A stretch of DNA of 64,000 nt from an uncultured virus (IMG/VR IMGVR_UViG_3300049982_000266) (IMGVR_UViG_3300049982_000266), one strand, 5' to 3'. Counted from the first letter of the stretch, positions 1 through 10,170 are shown. The notes: generated from the letters alone by a model not told the origin. Made by a program: numbers and translations.

Positions 1-1570
1 CGATCGGGCTCAGCGTGTAGCCGCTGGTGTTGCCCGAGGAGTCCTGCGTGCGCACCCGCGCCTGGAAGTAGGAGCCCGGCTCGACCTCCTCGACGTAGGC
101 GGACTCGGTCCGCGCCACGACCTCCAGTGTCCACGGGGAGACCGGCGCTCGCCCGTCCAGCCCGCCCAGCGAGCGCCAGGAGACGAAGTAGTTGCCCGCG
201 TCGTCGTAGATGGTGCCGTCGGCGTTCTGCGTGACCTGCGGCCACGAGACGGTCGCGACGGCGGCGATGCTGCCGTCCAGGCGCTCGACCGTCGCGCTGT
301 CGACGGAGACCGAAGCGGGAGCCTTCGGGGCCAGCCGGTCGTTCGCGATGTCACCCGTGCCCGGCTGCGGCGCCCGGCTGTTGCTCGACGAGCCGTTGAC
401 GATGCCGTCGACCTTGCGCTTCAGCCGGACGGCCGACTCGACGAAGAGGTCGTTCAACTCGACCGAGACCTGAGCCTGTCCGCCGCGCGGCGCCCACGAG
501 GTCGCGATCGCGCGCACGCGCATCGGCTCGAACGCAGTCGGGCTCGTGCGCCGCTGGTCGTAGCGGATGCGCTCGCCGAGGACGTAGTCGACGCCCGGCT
601 TCGGCCCGCCAGCGGTCAGGTCGCAGACGACCGTGAAGCCCTCGCTGGCGCTCGCCACGCTGCGCAGGGTGGAGTCGGTGATGGCGGCCAGCGTGTCCAC
701 GGCGGTGATGCCGCCGCGCGCCTCGTAGCCCTCGCGGCGGCCGTAGCGCGCACGGGCCGGGACGTTGCGGCGCTCGACGATCGCGCCCTCGTCGCCGATG
801 CCCAGCATGTGCGAGCGGATCGTCCGGCGGCTGCGCTTGCGGGGGCCGCTCGTGACGTCGCGGCCGACGCGCAGCACGACGTCCGGGCGGTCGGTGCCGT
901 AGACCGTGTCGGGCACGAAGAGCCGCAGCGTGAAGCCCGACATCCGCGCGTCGCACATGCCGTTGTCGCAGGCGGCCAGCAGCACCTTCAGCAGATCGAG
1001 CCCGGCGTCGTAGGTGACGCTGTAGTTCGTCGGCCACGGCTGCCCGGCGCTGTCGTGCGTGCTCGTGAAGTCGTAGTTGATCGCGCGGATCGCGTCCCGC
1101 TCACCGGCCGTGCCGTCGTAGAGGGACCTGTCCTTCGCGCGCGCGATGAGCGTCGACATGATCGCGCCGGGCGTGCTGTTGACGAAGGCGTGCTGCGGCT
1201 GGAGGTTGAGGATCTGGCCGCTGTCCATGCCCGGCGTGTAGTCCGCCGGGTAGATGATCGCCCACTCCAGCAGGGCCATGATCCCGCGACCGGCGACCTG
1301 GATGAAGCGACCCTTGCCGCCCGCCGCCGTCGGGTCGTCCCCGTCGTCTTCGAGCAGGTAGCGCTCGGGCCGCTCGACGCCGTCCTCGGACACGGCGATG
1401 TACGCGACGTCGGAGTTGAGCAGGTCGGCGTTGACCCCGTTGCGGGCGTAGTCGCACTTGAACTCGCCGGGGTAGTTGTGCTCGCTCTGTACGCCGAGCC
1501 CGTTGTGGTCGGGCAGCGTGCCGACGAGGTCGCCAGCGAAGTTGTAGAGCCGGAGGGTCGCAGTGCTCAC
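1..1570 (-). CDS. Minor tail protein (Tal/baseplate-hub-like), 3' end truncated by window edge
   Basis: Not in the ORF track because it has no stop in the window. GTG at 1570 overlaps the TGA of the upstream gene. The frame is open to position 2 (MSTATLRLYNFAGDLVGTLPDHNGL...). It follows TMP and Dit and ends in a beta-rich FN3-like stretch (ATVSWPQV...YFVSWR...YFQARVRTQD). Confidence 0.8.
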   Translation of the reverse strand, partial: MSTATLRLYNFAGDLVGTLPDHNGLGVQSEHNYPGEFKCDYARNGVNADLLNSDVAYIAVSEDGVERPERYLLEDDGDDPTAAGGKGRFIQVAGRGIMALLEWAIIYPADYTPGMDSGQILNLQPQHAFVNSTPGAIMSTLIARAKDRSLYDGTAGERDAIRAINYDFTSTHDSAGQPWPTNYSVTYDAGLDLLKVLLAACDNGMCDARMSGFTLRLFVPDTVYGTDRPDVVLRVGRDVTSGPRKRSRRTIRSHMLGIGDEGAIVERRNVPARARYGRREGYEARGGITAVDTLAAITDSTLRSVASASEGFTVVCDLTAGGPKPGVDYVLGERIRYDQRRTSPTAFEPMRVRAIATSWAPRGGQAQVSVELNDLFVESAVRLKRKVDGIVNGSSSNSRAPQPGTGDIANDRLAPKAPASVSVDSATVERLDGSIAAVATVSWPQVTQNADGTIYDDAGNYFVSWRSLGGLDGRAPVSPWTLEVVARTESAYVEEVEPGSYFQARVRTQDSSGNTSGYTLSPI

Positions 1571-2400
1571 AGCAGGAACGCCTCGTACCCGCGCACGTTG
1601 AGCGCCGTCGCTGCCGCCACGTTCTCACCGTAGAAGCGGACCTTCGGGGTCTGGCCGGGGCGCGCCGGTGCGACCGCGCAGTAGCGGCGGCCGGTGTGGT
1701 TGAGTCGCGACAGGATCGGCGCGAAGCCGCCCTCGCCGGTGACGGCCCACGTGCCGCTGTTGACCACGAGCGTCTGCCCGGCCGGGATGCTGCCGACGTA
1801 GGAGAAGGACTCGCCCTCGACTCCGTCGGTCATGTCGACGACGCGCGGGTTGCTCACCGGGCCGGTGATGCGGAAGGTCAGGTTCTCCATCGCGGCGGTG
1901 CTGCGGGCGAACGCCGACAGGGTCAGGTCGACGTTGTGCGTCGAGGCGGAAGCGCCCATCGCGACGGTCTGCGACTGCTCCGTCGCCCCGGCCCAGTAGC
2001 CGGACGGGACGTTGACCTCGACGCCGCACCGCATCCCCAACTGGCCGATCGGCGTCGGGTCCAGGGCGGCGACGACGTCGCCCTGGCACTGGCGCATCGT
2101 GCCGTCGGCGAGGTAGCGCTTGTAGACGCTGAGCCGGTGGGGGTGGACGAGCGCGCGCAGGATCTCGTCCCATGCCGCCTCGACGGCCGCGCGGCTGATC
2201 GACGAGCCGAACCACAGCGCGAGTACGAACGAGCCCGGCCCGTGCACCTTCGGTCGCCACAGTCGACCGGTGCGGTTGGCGACGTTCGCGTCCTCGCCCT
2301 CGGCCGCCGGGGTCCGGTAGAGCCCGCGCCGGTACTCGACGTCACGGTCGTAGCCCTGCGTCAGTTCCCAGTCGTCGACCAACCAGCGCTCGCGGCTCAC
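1567..2400 (-). CDS. Distal tail (Dit-like) minor tail protein
   Basis: C-terminal part of track ORF 1567..3951. The real start is GTG 2400 (GTGA overlap with the TMP stop). It contains the typical 'ITGPVSNPRV...IPAGQTLVVNS' segment and lies directly after TMP. Confidence 0.8.
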   Translation of the reverse strand: MSRERWLVDDWELTQGYDRDVEYRRGLYRTPAAEGEDANVANRTGRLWRPKVHGPGSFVLALWFGSSISRAAVEAAWDEILRALVHPHRLSVYKRYLADGTMRQCQGDVVAALDPTPIGQLGMRCGVEVNVPSGYWAGATEQSQTVAMGASASTHNVDLTLSAFARSTAAMENLTFRITGPVSNPRVVDMTDGVEGESFSYVGSIPAGQTLVVNSGTWAVTGEGGFAPILSRLNHTGRRYCAVAPARPGQTPKVRFYGENVAAATALNVRGYEAFLL

Positions 2401-5400
2401 GCCGGTGCCCCCTCGAAGAGCCCGAGAGCGCCGAGGGTGCGCAGCGACGTGTTGAGGCTGCGCTCGGTCGGCTCGTCGGGCGGGCGGACGATGGTGAGAC
2501 GGATCGCGCCGTCCTCGAAGACCGTGCCGCCGGAGCCGCCGAGTCGGCCGTTGAGGATCGCGTCCATGAGTGCGTTCATCTTGCCCGTGTCCACGACGGT
2601 CTCGGGGACGCCGCGCTCGGCGAGCCGCACGACGGTGCCGCCCGGCGTCGGGTTGACCGTGCCGCCCTGTCCGAGAGCAGCGTGGACGTGGTCGTAGTGG
2701 TCGGCCGCCGCGAGCGGGCGCGTGATCGCGCCATTCTTGATCGAGTAGCCCATCGGCGTGTAGAAGAGTTCGCGCAGCGAGCCGCCGAACTGCGCCTTGA
2801 TGACCTCGAAGATCCGGCGCATCGCGGCGCCGTCCATCGGCCGGGGACCGGCGAGGTCGACCGCGCGGTTCGCGTAGTGGTAGGAGCCCGCCGCGTGCTT
2901 CCCGGTGTTGGTCGAGGTGATCCGGAACGGGGTGCCCGCGCTCTGGAGCGCACGCACCATCGGCCCCCACCCGGCGCCCGGCGGGATGCCGCCGGGCGGC
3001 AGGGCTCCACCCGGCGGGCGCTCGCGGTCGCGGCGCAGCGCCCAGTCGATCGCGGCCTGGATCGCCCGGTGACCACCGGCGGACGCGAGGCGGCCCATGT
3101 CGCCGTGGTTGCTGGCGACGCCGCCGAGCAGCATGCGCGGGCCGCCCATCGCGAAGTCCATGAGGAACTTCGCCGACTCCTGGACGAAGTCGACGACACG
3201 ACCGCCCACGCCCTTCAGGGCATCCCAGCCCGAGCCCGCCGCGCTCTGGATCTTGTCGACGATCCCGCCGAAGGCGAAGTGCTGCATCCCGCCCTTGACG
3301 ACGCCGCCCTTCGCGAACGCCTGGCCGGGCTGCAAGCCGGTCTTCGGCAGGGCGATGCCCGGACGGCGGACGCGGCTGCTGTAGGCGCTGTTGAGCCACT
3401 GAATCGCCTGGTCGGCGCGGACGCCCAGCGACGCCGCGATGCCGCGCGTCGCCTCGGGCACGAGGATGCCCTCGCCCGGCGACGCCGCGACGATCTGCGT
3501 GTCCTTCCCCGGCTTGTAGCCGCCGGGGACGATGCCGCCCTTCGCGAAGTTGGCCGCGATCGGTCCGATCTGCGGGCCGCCGATGCGGCTCGTGACGGCG
3601 TTGAAGCCCCGGATGAGCCCGTTGTTGAGCACGGTGTTGATGACGAAGCGCATGGGGTCGGCGAAGGCCGCGCGCAGCCCGCTCATCGCGTCGGAGACGC
3701 GCTGCCGAGCCTCGCCCGCGCGAGCCCCGAGGTTGTCGCGCAGTTCGGCGTAGCGCTGGCTCGCGTTGTCCCGCGCCTCGCGGGCTCGATCGGTGGCGGC
3801 CGTCTTCGCCTCGTTGAACCGGCCGCTGACGTTGTCCTTCAGTTCGCGGGCTCGGTTGCTCACGTTGTCGCGCGCCTCGGTCCAGCGGGCCGAGACGTTG
3901 TCCTTCAACTCGCGAGCGCGGTTGCTCGCGTTGTCGCGGGCCTCGTTCCACCGGTTGCTCACGTTGTCGCGCAGTTCGGCGGCTCGCTGCGAGACCGTGT
4001 CGCGCGCCTCGTTGAAGCGCCCCGAGACGTTGTCGCGCAGTTCAGAGGCGCGCTGCGAGACGGTGTCGCGGGTCTCGTTCCACCGGGACGAGACGCTGTC
4101 GCGCAACTCCTGCGCCTTCGTGCTCGCGGCGTCGCGCAGTTCGCCGACCTTGTTGCCGACGGAGGTCTTGATCCCCTCCCACGTGGAGTCCGCGTCGGCG
4201 GCCATCTCCAGCCACTTCGTCTTCGCGTCCCCGGCGAAGCCCGCGATGGCCGAGCCCGCCCGGCTGAAGCGCTCGCTCCAGCGATCACCGGCGTTGCCGA
4301 TGCGGCTCGTGAAGGTGTCCCACTCCTGCGAGATCTCGGTCGAGTAGCCGCGCCAGTCCGCAGCGATGGCACCACCGGCCCACGCAAAGCGCTCGCCGAT
4401 GGTCGCGGTGACCTCGTTCGCCTTCGTGGTGATCTTGTCCCAGCCGACCTCGTTGACCGTGCCGACGACCGCGCCGACCCCTGCGCCGATCGCCGCACCG
4501 ATGCCCGTGCCGATGACCGGGACGATCGACCCGATGATGGCGCCGATGCCCGCGCCCTTGCCTGCCGTGGCGAGGATGCCTCCGGCGACCTCGCGGCCCG
4601 ACCCCTCGGCAGAGTCGCCCGCCACGAGCCCCCCGGCGACCTCGCCGCCGATGCCCGCCACCGCGCCGACTCCGGCGCCACGCAGCAGGCGCGGTGCCGC
4701 CGTGCGCGCACCGGCCCCGATACGGCCCGCAGCGCCCCGCAGGCCGCCTCCCGCAGCCGCCCCGGCCGCAGCACCCCCGGCAGCGCCGCCGCCGCCCGCA
4801 GCGCCGCCACCGAGCACGCCGAGGCTCGTCAGGATCCGCGTCAGCCCCGTCAGTCGCGACAGGGTGCGCAGGTTCGCGACCATGCTGCCGACGGCCTTCG
4901 CCGCGAGCCCGAGACCGAGACCGGCGCCAGACAGGGTGAACAGCGCGGTCAGGATCGGCCCGGCGCCGGGGATCTCGGAGATCTTGATGAGCACGTCGAG
5001 GATGAGGTTGAGCACCCCGAAGAGCCCGTCCAGCGTGCCGCCGCCGGTCGCCTCGCCCAACTTCGCGAACAACTCGCCGATCTTCAGGATGAGGTCGCCG
5101 GTCTGGCGCATGACGGGCACGGTGCCGTCGAAGAACTCCTGGAGGCGGCGCTGGCCCTCCTCGCTGCCGGTCCACTTCGCGAAGCGCTCAGCGGCGTCGG
5201 CCAGGTCGCCGAGCAGGGTGTCCCCGGTGGGCATGGCGGCCGTGCCGATGTTGCCGAGCCCTCGGACGACGTCCCCGGTGATGCCGCCGACGATCTTCAG
5301 TTTGTCGTAGGCGCGGTCCAGGAAGCCGGTGATGCCCTTGCTCGGGTCGGCGTCGGAGATCTCGCGCTGCGTGTGGATGAAGTCGCTGAGCCGGTCGATC

Positions 5401-7496
5401 ACCCCGGCGAAGTCCTCGGCCATCTCCTCCAGCACCGGCCCGGCCGAGACGCCGAGGTCGGTGATGATCTGGAGCAGGTCGTCGACCGCCGACGTGCCGT
5501 CCTTCGAGCGGTCGGCGAAGGCGCCCAACTGCCGAGTGAGCGACTGCGTCATCCGGTCGAAGTCGGCCTGGAAGGCGGGGCTACCAGCGAACTCGCCGGA
5601 CTGCTTCGCCGCCTCGCCGAGCCGCTGTGCGACGGCGTAGACGCCGCCCTCTAGGTTGTCCATGAGCGGCAGGCTGGCTTCGAGCCCGTCCTGCACGCCG
5701 GGGAGCAAGCCCTCCTGTGCCGACTCCTTCACCCGGCGCAGGGCGGGGAGCATGGTTCCGTCGAGGAAGCGGGCGAACTCCTGCCCGGCGGGAGACAACT
5801 TGTCCATCGCCTGCGACGCGGCCGTGGCCGCAGCGCCAGTCGCAGCGGTCGCCTCAGTGAGCGACCGCTGCGCGTCGCTGACACTCTGGACGGCGTCGAG
5901 CACGGACTGCTGCGCGTCGGCGTTCGCCTGCGCCGTCTCGCGGATCGTGTCGGACAGCCCGCGCTCGGCCTCGACGACGGCGCGACGCCCCTCGACGCGC
6001 TCCTCGTTGAGCGACCGCTCGGCCTCGATCACCTGCTCGTTCGCCTGGCGGATCCGGTCCTGTGCGGACAGCACCTCCTCGGCGCCGTCGACACCGGCCG
6101 CCTGCGCCTGCTTCGCCGACTCGGCGAGGTCGACGTTGCTCTCGCGGGTCTCGTCGAGCCGGAGGATCGCTTGGCGGTAGGCGAGGTCGGCCTCGCGGCG
6201 GTCCAGGTCGGTGCTCGTGACGCTGCGGTTCGCTGCGTCCAGGCGCTCGCGGGCGCGCTCCACGGCCAGGCTCGCGCCCTCCTCGGACAGCGCGGCGCCC
6301 CGGAGGGTGAACTGGAGGTCTTCCAGGCGCTCGCGCGCCGTCTCGCGGGCTCGCGAGAGGTCTTCGGTGGCACGGAGCGCGTCCTGCTGCGCGGACGTGT
6401 AGGAGCGCTCGGCGGCCTCGACGCGGCGGGACGCCGACTCGATCGTGTCGGCGACCCGGCGGCGGGCCTCCTCGACCCGGCGGGCGCCCTCCTCGGCGGT
6501 CCGGTCGGCAGCCTGCGTGGCGCGCGCGACGTTCTGCTGCGCCTGCGCGACGGCGCGGGCAGCCGACTCGCGCTGCTTCGCGATGGCGGCGGCCTGCTGG
6601 CCCCCGGCGCTCTCCACCTTGCCGAGCGCCTTGACGGCGTCACCGACGCCGCTGAAGCCCGCGATGAGGGTGCCGATGGCGAAGACGCCGCCGCCGATGA
6701 GACCGGGCAGCACGCCGAGCACGCCGACGGCCTGCGAGGCGGACGCGACGACGGCGAAGAGCCCGCCCGCGAGGTTGGTCGCGTAGCCCGCCGCGAGGGC
6801 GATGCCGCTGGCGATGACCGGGAACTTCAGTAGCGGCCCGAGGGACGCGGCGACGCCGCGCAGTCGGTCGAGCCCGGAGATGTTGACCGGCACGTCGATC
6901 GGCCGCTGCGACTGGATGAGGCGGCGCCAGCGCTCGTACTTCGCTCCGGCGGCAGCGGTGTCGGCGTCGACCTTGACGGTGCTCTCGCGATCGCGCGCCG
7001 TCGCGTCGATCTGCGCCTCGGCGGCAGCCGTGTCGGCGTTGACGCCGACGTCGACCTGGCGGCCACGGATGGCCGCGTCGACCTCGGCCTCGGCCTGCGC
7101 GGTGTCGACGTCGAGTTGCACCCGGATCCGCGCGTTGCGGACGGTGGCGAGCGCACGATCGACCTCGCGCTGCACCTGGCGCGCGTCGAGCGCGACGTCG
7201 ACCTGCATCCGGACGCGCTCGCGGGCGATGCGCCGGGCGGTCTCTCGGGCCTGCGTGATGATGCCGCGCGTGTCGATCTCGGCCTTGAAGCGCACGGTCG
7301 CGGCGCGGGAGGCAGCCGTAGCCGCCTCCCGCGCCTGCGTGATGAGACCGCGCGAGTTGATCTCGGCCTGGACGCGGGCTCGGACGGTCCGCGTCTCGGC
7401 GTCGATCTTGCGCTGAAGGTCGCGCGAGAAGCCCCGGACGTCACCCTCGACAGTGACGTGGAGCCTGCCAGCGCTAGCGCCCTCGGGGGTGGTCAC
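2397..7496 (-). CDS. Tape measure protein with C-terminal putative cell-wall peptidase domain
   Basis: 1699 aa, Ala/Gly-rich, with coiled-coil and hydrophobic segments, 11/22-aa W/F-periodic repeats and 'FAKGG/FAFGG' motifs. It ends in H..GSYH...RAVD...HYDHVH and follows the tail chaperone. Confidence 0.95.
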   Translation of the reverse strand: MTTPEGASAGRLHVTVEGDVRGFSRDLQRKIDAETRTVRARVQAEINSRGLITQAREAATAASRAATVRFKAEIDTRGIITQARETARRIARERVRMQVDVALDARQVQREVDRALATVRNARIRVQLDVDTAQAEAEVDAAIRGRQVDVGVNADTAAAEAQIDATARDRESTVKVDADTAAAGAKYERWRRLIQSQRPIDVPVNISGLDRLRGVAASLGPLLKFPVIASGIALAAGYATNLAGGLFAVVASASQAVGVLGVLPGLIGGGVFAIGTLIAGFSGVGDAVKALGKVESAGGQQAAAIAKQRESAARAVAQAQQNVARATQAADRTAEEGARRVEEARRRVADTIESASRRVEAAERSYTSAQQDALRATEDLSRARETARERLEDLQFTLRGAALSEEGASLAVERARERLDAANRSVTSTDLDRREADLAYRQAILRLDETRESNVDLAESAKQAQAAGVDGAEEVLSAQDRIRQANEQVIEAERSLNEERVEGRRAVVEAERGLSDTIRETAQANADAQQSVLDAVQSVSDAQRSLTEATAATGAAATAASQAMDKLSPAGQEFARFLDGTMLPALRRVKESAQEGLLPGVQDGLEASLPLMDNLEGGVYAVAQRLGEAAKQSGEFAGSPAFQADFDRMTQSLTRQLGAFADRSKDGTSAVDDLLQIITDLGVSAGPVLEEMAEDFAGVIDRLSDFIHTQREISDADPSKGITGFLDRAYDKLKIVGGITGDVVRGLGNIGTAAMPTGDTLLGDLADAAERFAKWTGSEEGQRRLQEFFDGTVPVMRQTGDLILKIGELFAKLGEATGGGTLDGLFGVLNLILDVLIKISEIPGAGPILTALFTLSGAGLGLGLAAKAVGSMVANLRTLSRLTGLTRILTSLGVLGGGAAGGGGAAGGAAAGAAAGGGLRGAAGRIGAGARTAAPRLLRGAGVGAVAGIGGEVAGGLVAGDSAEGSGREVAGGILATAGKGAGIGAIIGSIVPVIGTGIGAAIGAGVGAVVGTVNEVGWDKITTKANEVTATIGERFAWAGGAIAADWRGYSTEISQEWDTFTSRIGNAGDRWSERFSRAGSAIAGFAGDAKTKWLEMAADADSTWEGIKTSVGNKVGELRDAASTKAQELRDSVSSRWNETRDTVSQRASELRDNVSGRFNEARDTVSQRAAELRDNVSNRWNEARDNASNRARELKDNVSARWTEARDNVSNRARELKDNVSGRFNEAKTAATDRAREARDNASQRYAELRDNLGARAGEARQRVSDAMSGLRAAFADPMRFVINTVLNNGLIRGFNAVTSRIGGPQIGPIAANFAKGGIVPGGYKPGKDTQIVAASPGEGILVPEATRGIAASLGVRADQAIQWLNSAYSSRVRRPGIALPKTGLQPGQAFAKGGVVKGGMQHFAFGGIVDKIQSAAGSGWDALKGVGGRVVDFVQESAKFLMDFAMGGPRMLLGGVASNHGDMGRLASAGGHRAIQAAIDWALRRDRERPPGGALPPGGIPPGAGWGPMVRALQSAGTPFRITSTNTGKHAAGSYHYANRAVDLAGPRPMDGAAMRRIFEVIKAQFGGSLRELFYTPMGYSIKNGAITRPLAAADHYDHVHAALGQGGTVNPTPGGTVVRLAERGVPETVVDTGKMNALMDAILNGRLGGSGGTVFEDGAIRLTIVRPPDEPTERSLNTSLRTLGALGLFEGAPA
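3715..4140 (-). repeat. Coding tandem repeat (33/66 bp) in tape measure gene
   Basis: Encodes repeated (W/F)NEARD(T/N)VS.RA.EL(R/K)DNVS.R units. Confidence 0.85.
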
Positions 7497-7900
7497 CGGC
7501 GCGGCCTAGCGGTCGCCGCGAGGATCGCGATGCCGCGCTTGGTCGCCTCGTGCGACGGCGCCGCCTTCCGCCTCGGTCGCAGGTGCTCGGGCCGGGGCAC
7601 CTTGATCGTGTCCTTCAGCCGCTTCTCGGCTGCGGTCACGCTCATCACCTCCAGCAGTTGCGCCAGGAACTCCGTGTGGAGCCCCCACCTGTCGAGCACC
7701 CGGTCTTCCGGGGCGGTGCGGTACAGCGAGTCGGGCGGTAGTCCCTTCAGCAGAGTCAGGAAGCGGCGAAGACCTACGAAGCCAGGCTGCTCGGGCTGTC
7801 TCCAGACCCCCCGGAGGTCGACTCCGTAGTGGTGCTGGAAGTCGGCTTCGAGGTCGTCCCATCGCCCTCCGAGGACTCGGAGGGCGAGGACGCTTCCGGG
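7493..7900 (-). CDS. Tail assembly chaperone, -1 frame extension (gpT-like)
   Basis: The frame is open from CCC at 7900 to the stop at 7493: ...RWDDLEADFQHHYGVDLRGVW...FLTLLKGLPPDS... It overlaps the end of the upstream chaperone ORF in the -1 frame. Confidence 0.75.
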   Translation of the reverse strand, partial: PGSVLALRVLGGRWDDLEADFQHHYGVDLRGVWRQPEQPGFVGLRRFLTLLKGLPPDSLYRTAPEDRVLDRWGLHTEFLAQLLEVMSVTAAEKRLKDTIKVPRPEHLRPRRKAAPSHEATKRGIAILAATARPRR

Positions 7901-8391
7901 AGGCTCACGCCGTAGTTCACGAAGAGCCCCTTGACGAGCACGCCGAGGTCTTCCTTGCTCGGCCGGAAGGCGAGCAGGTCGTCGAAGGCGACGTCGCCGA
8001 GGAAGCGGCGGCCCATGTCCTCGATCGCGTCGAGCAGGTCGCGGGGGAGGTTGGGGTTCGCCACGAGCAGGTTGATGACGAGGTCGGTCGCCTCGCGCTG
8101 AGTGTCGCCGGTCTCGCCGGTGACGGCGTCCATCGCCGTCTTGACCAGCAGCGGCAGGTCGAAGTCCAGCGTCTTCAGCGGCGAGAAGACGTCGAGCGGG
8201 ACCTCCAGCGGGAGGTCGTGCAGGTTGCCGTTGAGCCGGATCTTCGGGGGCTCCGGCAGCGCCTCCAGGCGAGCGGCGCGGTCGGCGTCCAGGTCGATCA
8301 AGATGTTCGCGACCGCGCGCACGGGCTCGGTCGGCAGGGCAGGGGTGGTCGAGCGGCGCCGGGCAGGCGTCTTGCTCGCGGTCTCGGTCAC
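7774..8391 (-). CDS. Tail assembly chaperone (gpG-like)
   Basis: GTG 8391 preceded by AGGAG. It lies between the major tail and tape measure genes and has a low-complexity Ser/Thr tail after the putative slip site. Confidence 0.8.
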   Translation of the reverse strand: MTETASKTPARRRSTTPALPTEPVRAVANILIDLDADRAARLEALPEPPKIRLNGNLHDLPLEVPLDVFSPLKTLDFDLPLLVKTAMDAVTGETGDTQREATDLVINLLVANPNLPRDLLDAIEDMGRRFLGDVAFDDLLAFRPSKEDLGVLVKGLFVNYGVSLPEASSPSESSEGDGTTSKPTSSTTTESTSGGSGDSPSSLAS

Positions 8392-8596
8392 TGGTCTCCT
8401 CGGGGGTGGTAGGGCTTCGCGGCGATCCTCGCAGCCGATCGCCGCTTGCGTCGCGCGCACACGCGGCAGGCGACGCCCCCGAACCACCCCCGGCCGGAGA
8501 CGCCGCCTGCCTATCGAGTCCGCCGCTGAAGCCCGGAGCGGCGGACGTCCGAGGCTCGCACCCAACGGCACGTAGCGTCGTGATCCGTAACGCGAC

Positions 8597-8626
8597 GGAG
8601 CCGCCACCCCGAGGGGCAGCGGCTCC
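8597..8626 (-). terminator. Hairpin after major tail gene
   Basis: GGAGCCGC...GCGGCTCC inverted repeat about 12 nt downstream of the stop. Confidence 0.6.
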
Positions 8627-8638
8627 GGTCGGTCCGGG

Positions 8639-9226
8639 CTACGCGGCAGGCGCGAAGGCCGGGTCGTTGCTCATGTCGTACCACGGGTCGCCGACGTCCG
8701 AGCCGAGGATCGAGAGGCGCAGCGGGAGCGTGCTCTCGCTGGTCTTCTCGAAGGTCTGCTCGACGCCCTCGGTCTGCGAGCACTTCGGGATCATGCGACG
8801 GTAGCGCTTCGTGCCGTCGATGATCTCGATGCACGCAGCGACGTCCTCGCGGGAGCCGATGGCCGGGGGCACGAACTTGTAGTACGCGGCGCGGTCGGGC
8901 GGGCCGGTGACGGCCGGGACGAGCGTCACGGCGCCACCGCCGTAGACGGCGCGGAAGTTGTCGGCCGACCACTCCTGGAGGTCGACCTCCAGGCTGGCCG
9001 CGTCCTCGGTCTGGAAGCGCCGGGTCGGGTGGTTCGACTGGTGCGACCGGACCTCCTCGAAGGACGGGTCGGTGCTCCAGCCGAGGGAGTCGGGGGTGAA
9101 GAGCCCGACCTCCTTCCAGCCGGTCGGCATCGCGACCACGGGGCCGTCGGGCGCCACAGTGCCGACAGGGGCGAGGTACACCCTCGCCAACTGTGCGACG
9201 ACGATGCGCGAAGCGTCAGTTGCCAC
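8639..9226 (-). CDS. Major tail (tube) protein
   Basis: 195 aa with 'VYLAPVGT..P...MPTGWKEVG...' typical of actinophage tail tube proteins. GAGGAG RBS, position before the chaperones, and a downstream terminator. Confidence 0.9.
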   Translation of the reverse strand: MATDASRIVVAQLARVYLAPVGTVAPDGPVVAMPTGWKEVGLFTPDSLGWSTDPSFEEVRSHQSNHPTRRFQTEDAASLEVDLQEWSADNFRAVYGGGAVTLVPAVTGPPDRAAYYKFVPPAIGSREDVAACIEIIDGTKRYRRMIPKCSQTEGVEQTFEKTSESTLPLRLSILGSDVGDPWYDMSNDPAFAPAA

Positions 9227-9286
9227 GGGTGTCTCCTCATCACGTCAGGGGGTGTTCCTGGCGGAACGGTAGGAGGCGACGGCCCC

Positions 9287-9754
9287 TTAGGTCGCGTCGA
9301 GGATCGGCTGCGGCGGGTGCACCGTCATCGTGGCCGTCGCGACGGCGCGAGGCTGGCCGGTCGCGAGGGGGGCAGGGCCGAAGCCGCCGTCCGGCTCGAT
9401 CGCGGTGACGACCGTGCGGCCGGGCTCGGCCTCCTGCTCCGGCAGTGCCGCCAGGGCGCCCATGACGGTGAGCAGGATCGTCGTCAGCGCGGCGGGGCTC
9501 AGCGTCCCGTCGCGGTCGCCCAGCACCTCGATCTGCACCTGCGGCTGGATGATCCAGCGGGCTCCTCGCAGGGAGCCGCCAGGCGTCTGCGTAAGGCGCA
9601 CGCGGGGGTACGGGGGCTCGTTGTACGGGCCGACCCGGTTGGGGCCGCCGAGGGCGCGCTCGACCGCCGGATGCGCCAACAGCCACCGACGGGCTTCGGC
9701 GAGCCCGTCGGCGGCTGCTACGGCGACCGCGTCAGGAAGCGCGGCAGTGGTCAC
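9287..9754 (-). CDS. Tail terminator / tail completion protein
   Basis: 155 aa immediately upstream of the major tail gene, with a 'PYPRVRL..PGG...P.VQIEV.G' pattern. Confidence 0.65.
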   Translation of the reverse strand: MTTAALPDAVAVAAADGLAEARRWLLAHPAVERALGGPNRVGPYNEPPYPRVRLTQTPGGSLRGARWIIQPQVQIEVLGDRDGTLSPAALTTILLTVMGALAALPEQEAEPGRTVVTAIEPDGGFGPAPLATGQPRAVATATMTVHPPQPILDAT

Positions 9755-10119
9755 CCGCCGACGATGCCCTTGCGCTTCTGGCCCGCGCGCTCGGCGGCGA
9801 GCACGCGCTCGCGCTCGGTGTCGTCAGCCGTGGCGAGGTAGGCGTTGACCTCGTCCACGCTGTAGGCGCCGGGGTCGTAGGAGCCCGCCTGCGCCTGCTG
9901 CTCGACGAGGTCGGCGACGGCCTGCGGGCCGTCGGTGAGGGCGGCCTCGACCTGCTTCGCGTCCTCCGGGTCCACCTGCGCGTACCCGGCGTTGATGATG
10001 GAGCGGGCGACGTCGTCGGAGACCTCGATCTCCGTGTTGACGAAGTGGTCCTTCTCTTCCAGCCCGAGGCGCGCGGCGGCGGCCGGGGTGAGGGGGTGTG
10101 CAAGCCGGACAGTAGCCAC
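9751..10119 (-). CDS. Small acidic virion-associated protein
   Basis: 122 aa with C-terminal 'YSVDEVNAYL...ERERVLAAERAGQKRKGIV' helical motif. Has its own RBS and class-B promoter motif. Confidence 0.6.
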   Translation of the reverse strand: MATVRLAHPLTPAAAARLGLEEKDHFVNTEIEVSDDVARSIINAGYAQVDPEDAKQVEAALTDGPQAVADLVEQQAQAGSYDPGAYSVDEVNAYLATADDTERERVLAAERAGQKRKGIVGG

Positions 10120-10170
10120 GGGGTCTCCCTGAGGTCGGTGGGTGGCCGCAGCGTAGAGCGCCCGACCGCC

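Noticed and set aside
3715..4140. Regular 33/66-bp repeats resembling a CRISPR array
   Set aside because: In-frame coding repeats of the tape measure protein; no unique spacers and no cas genes.
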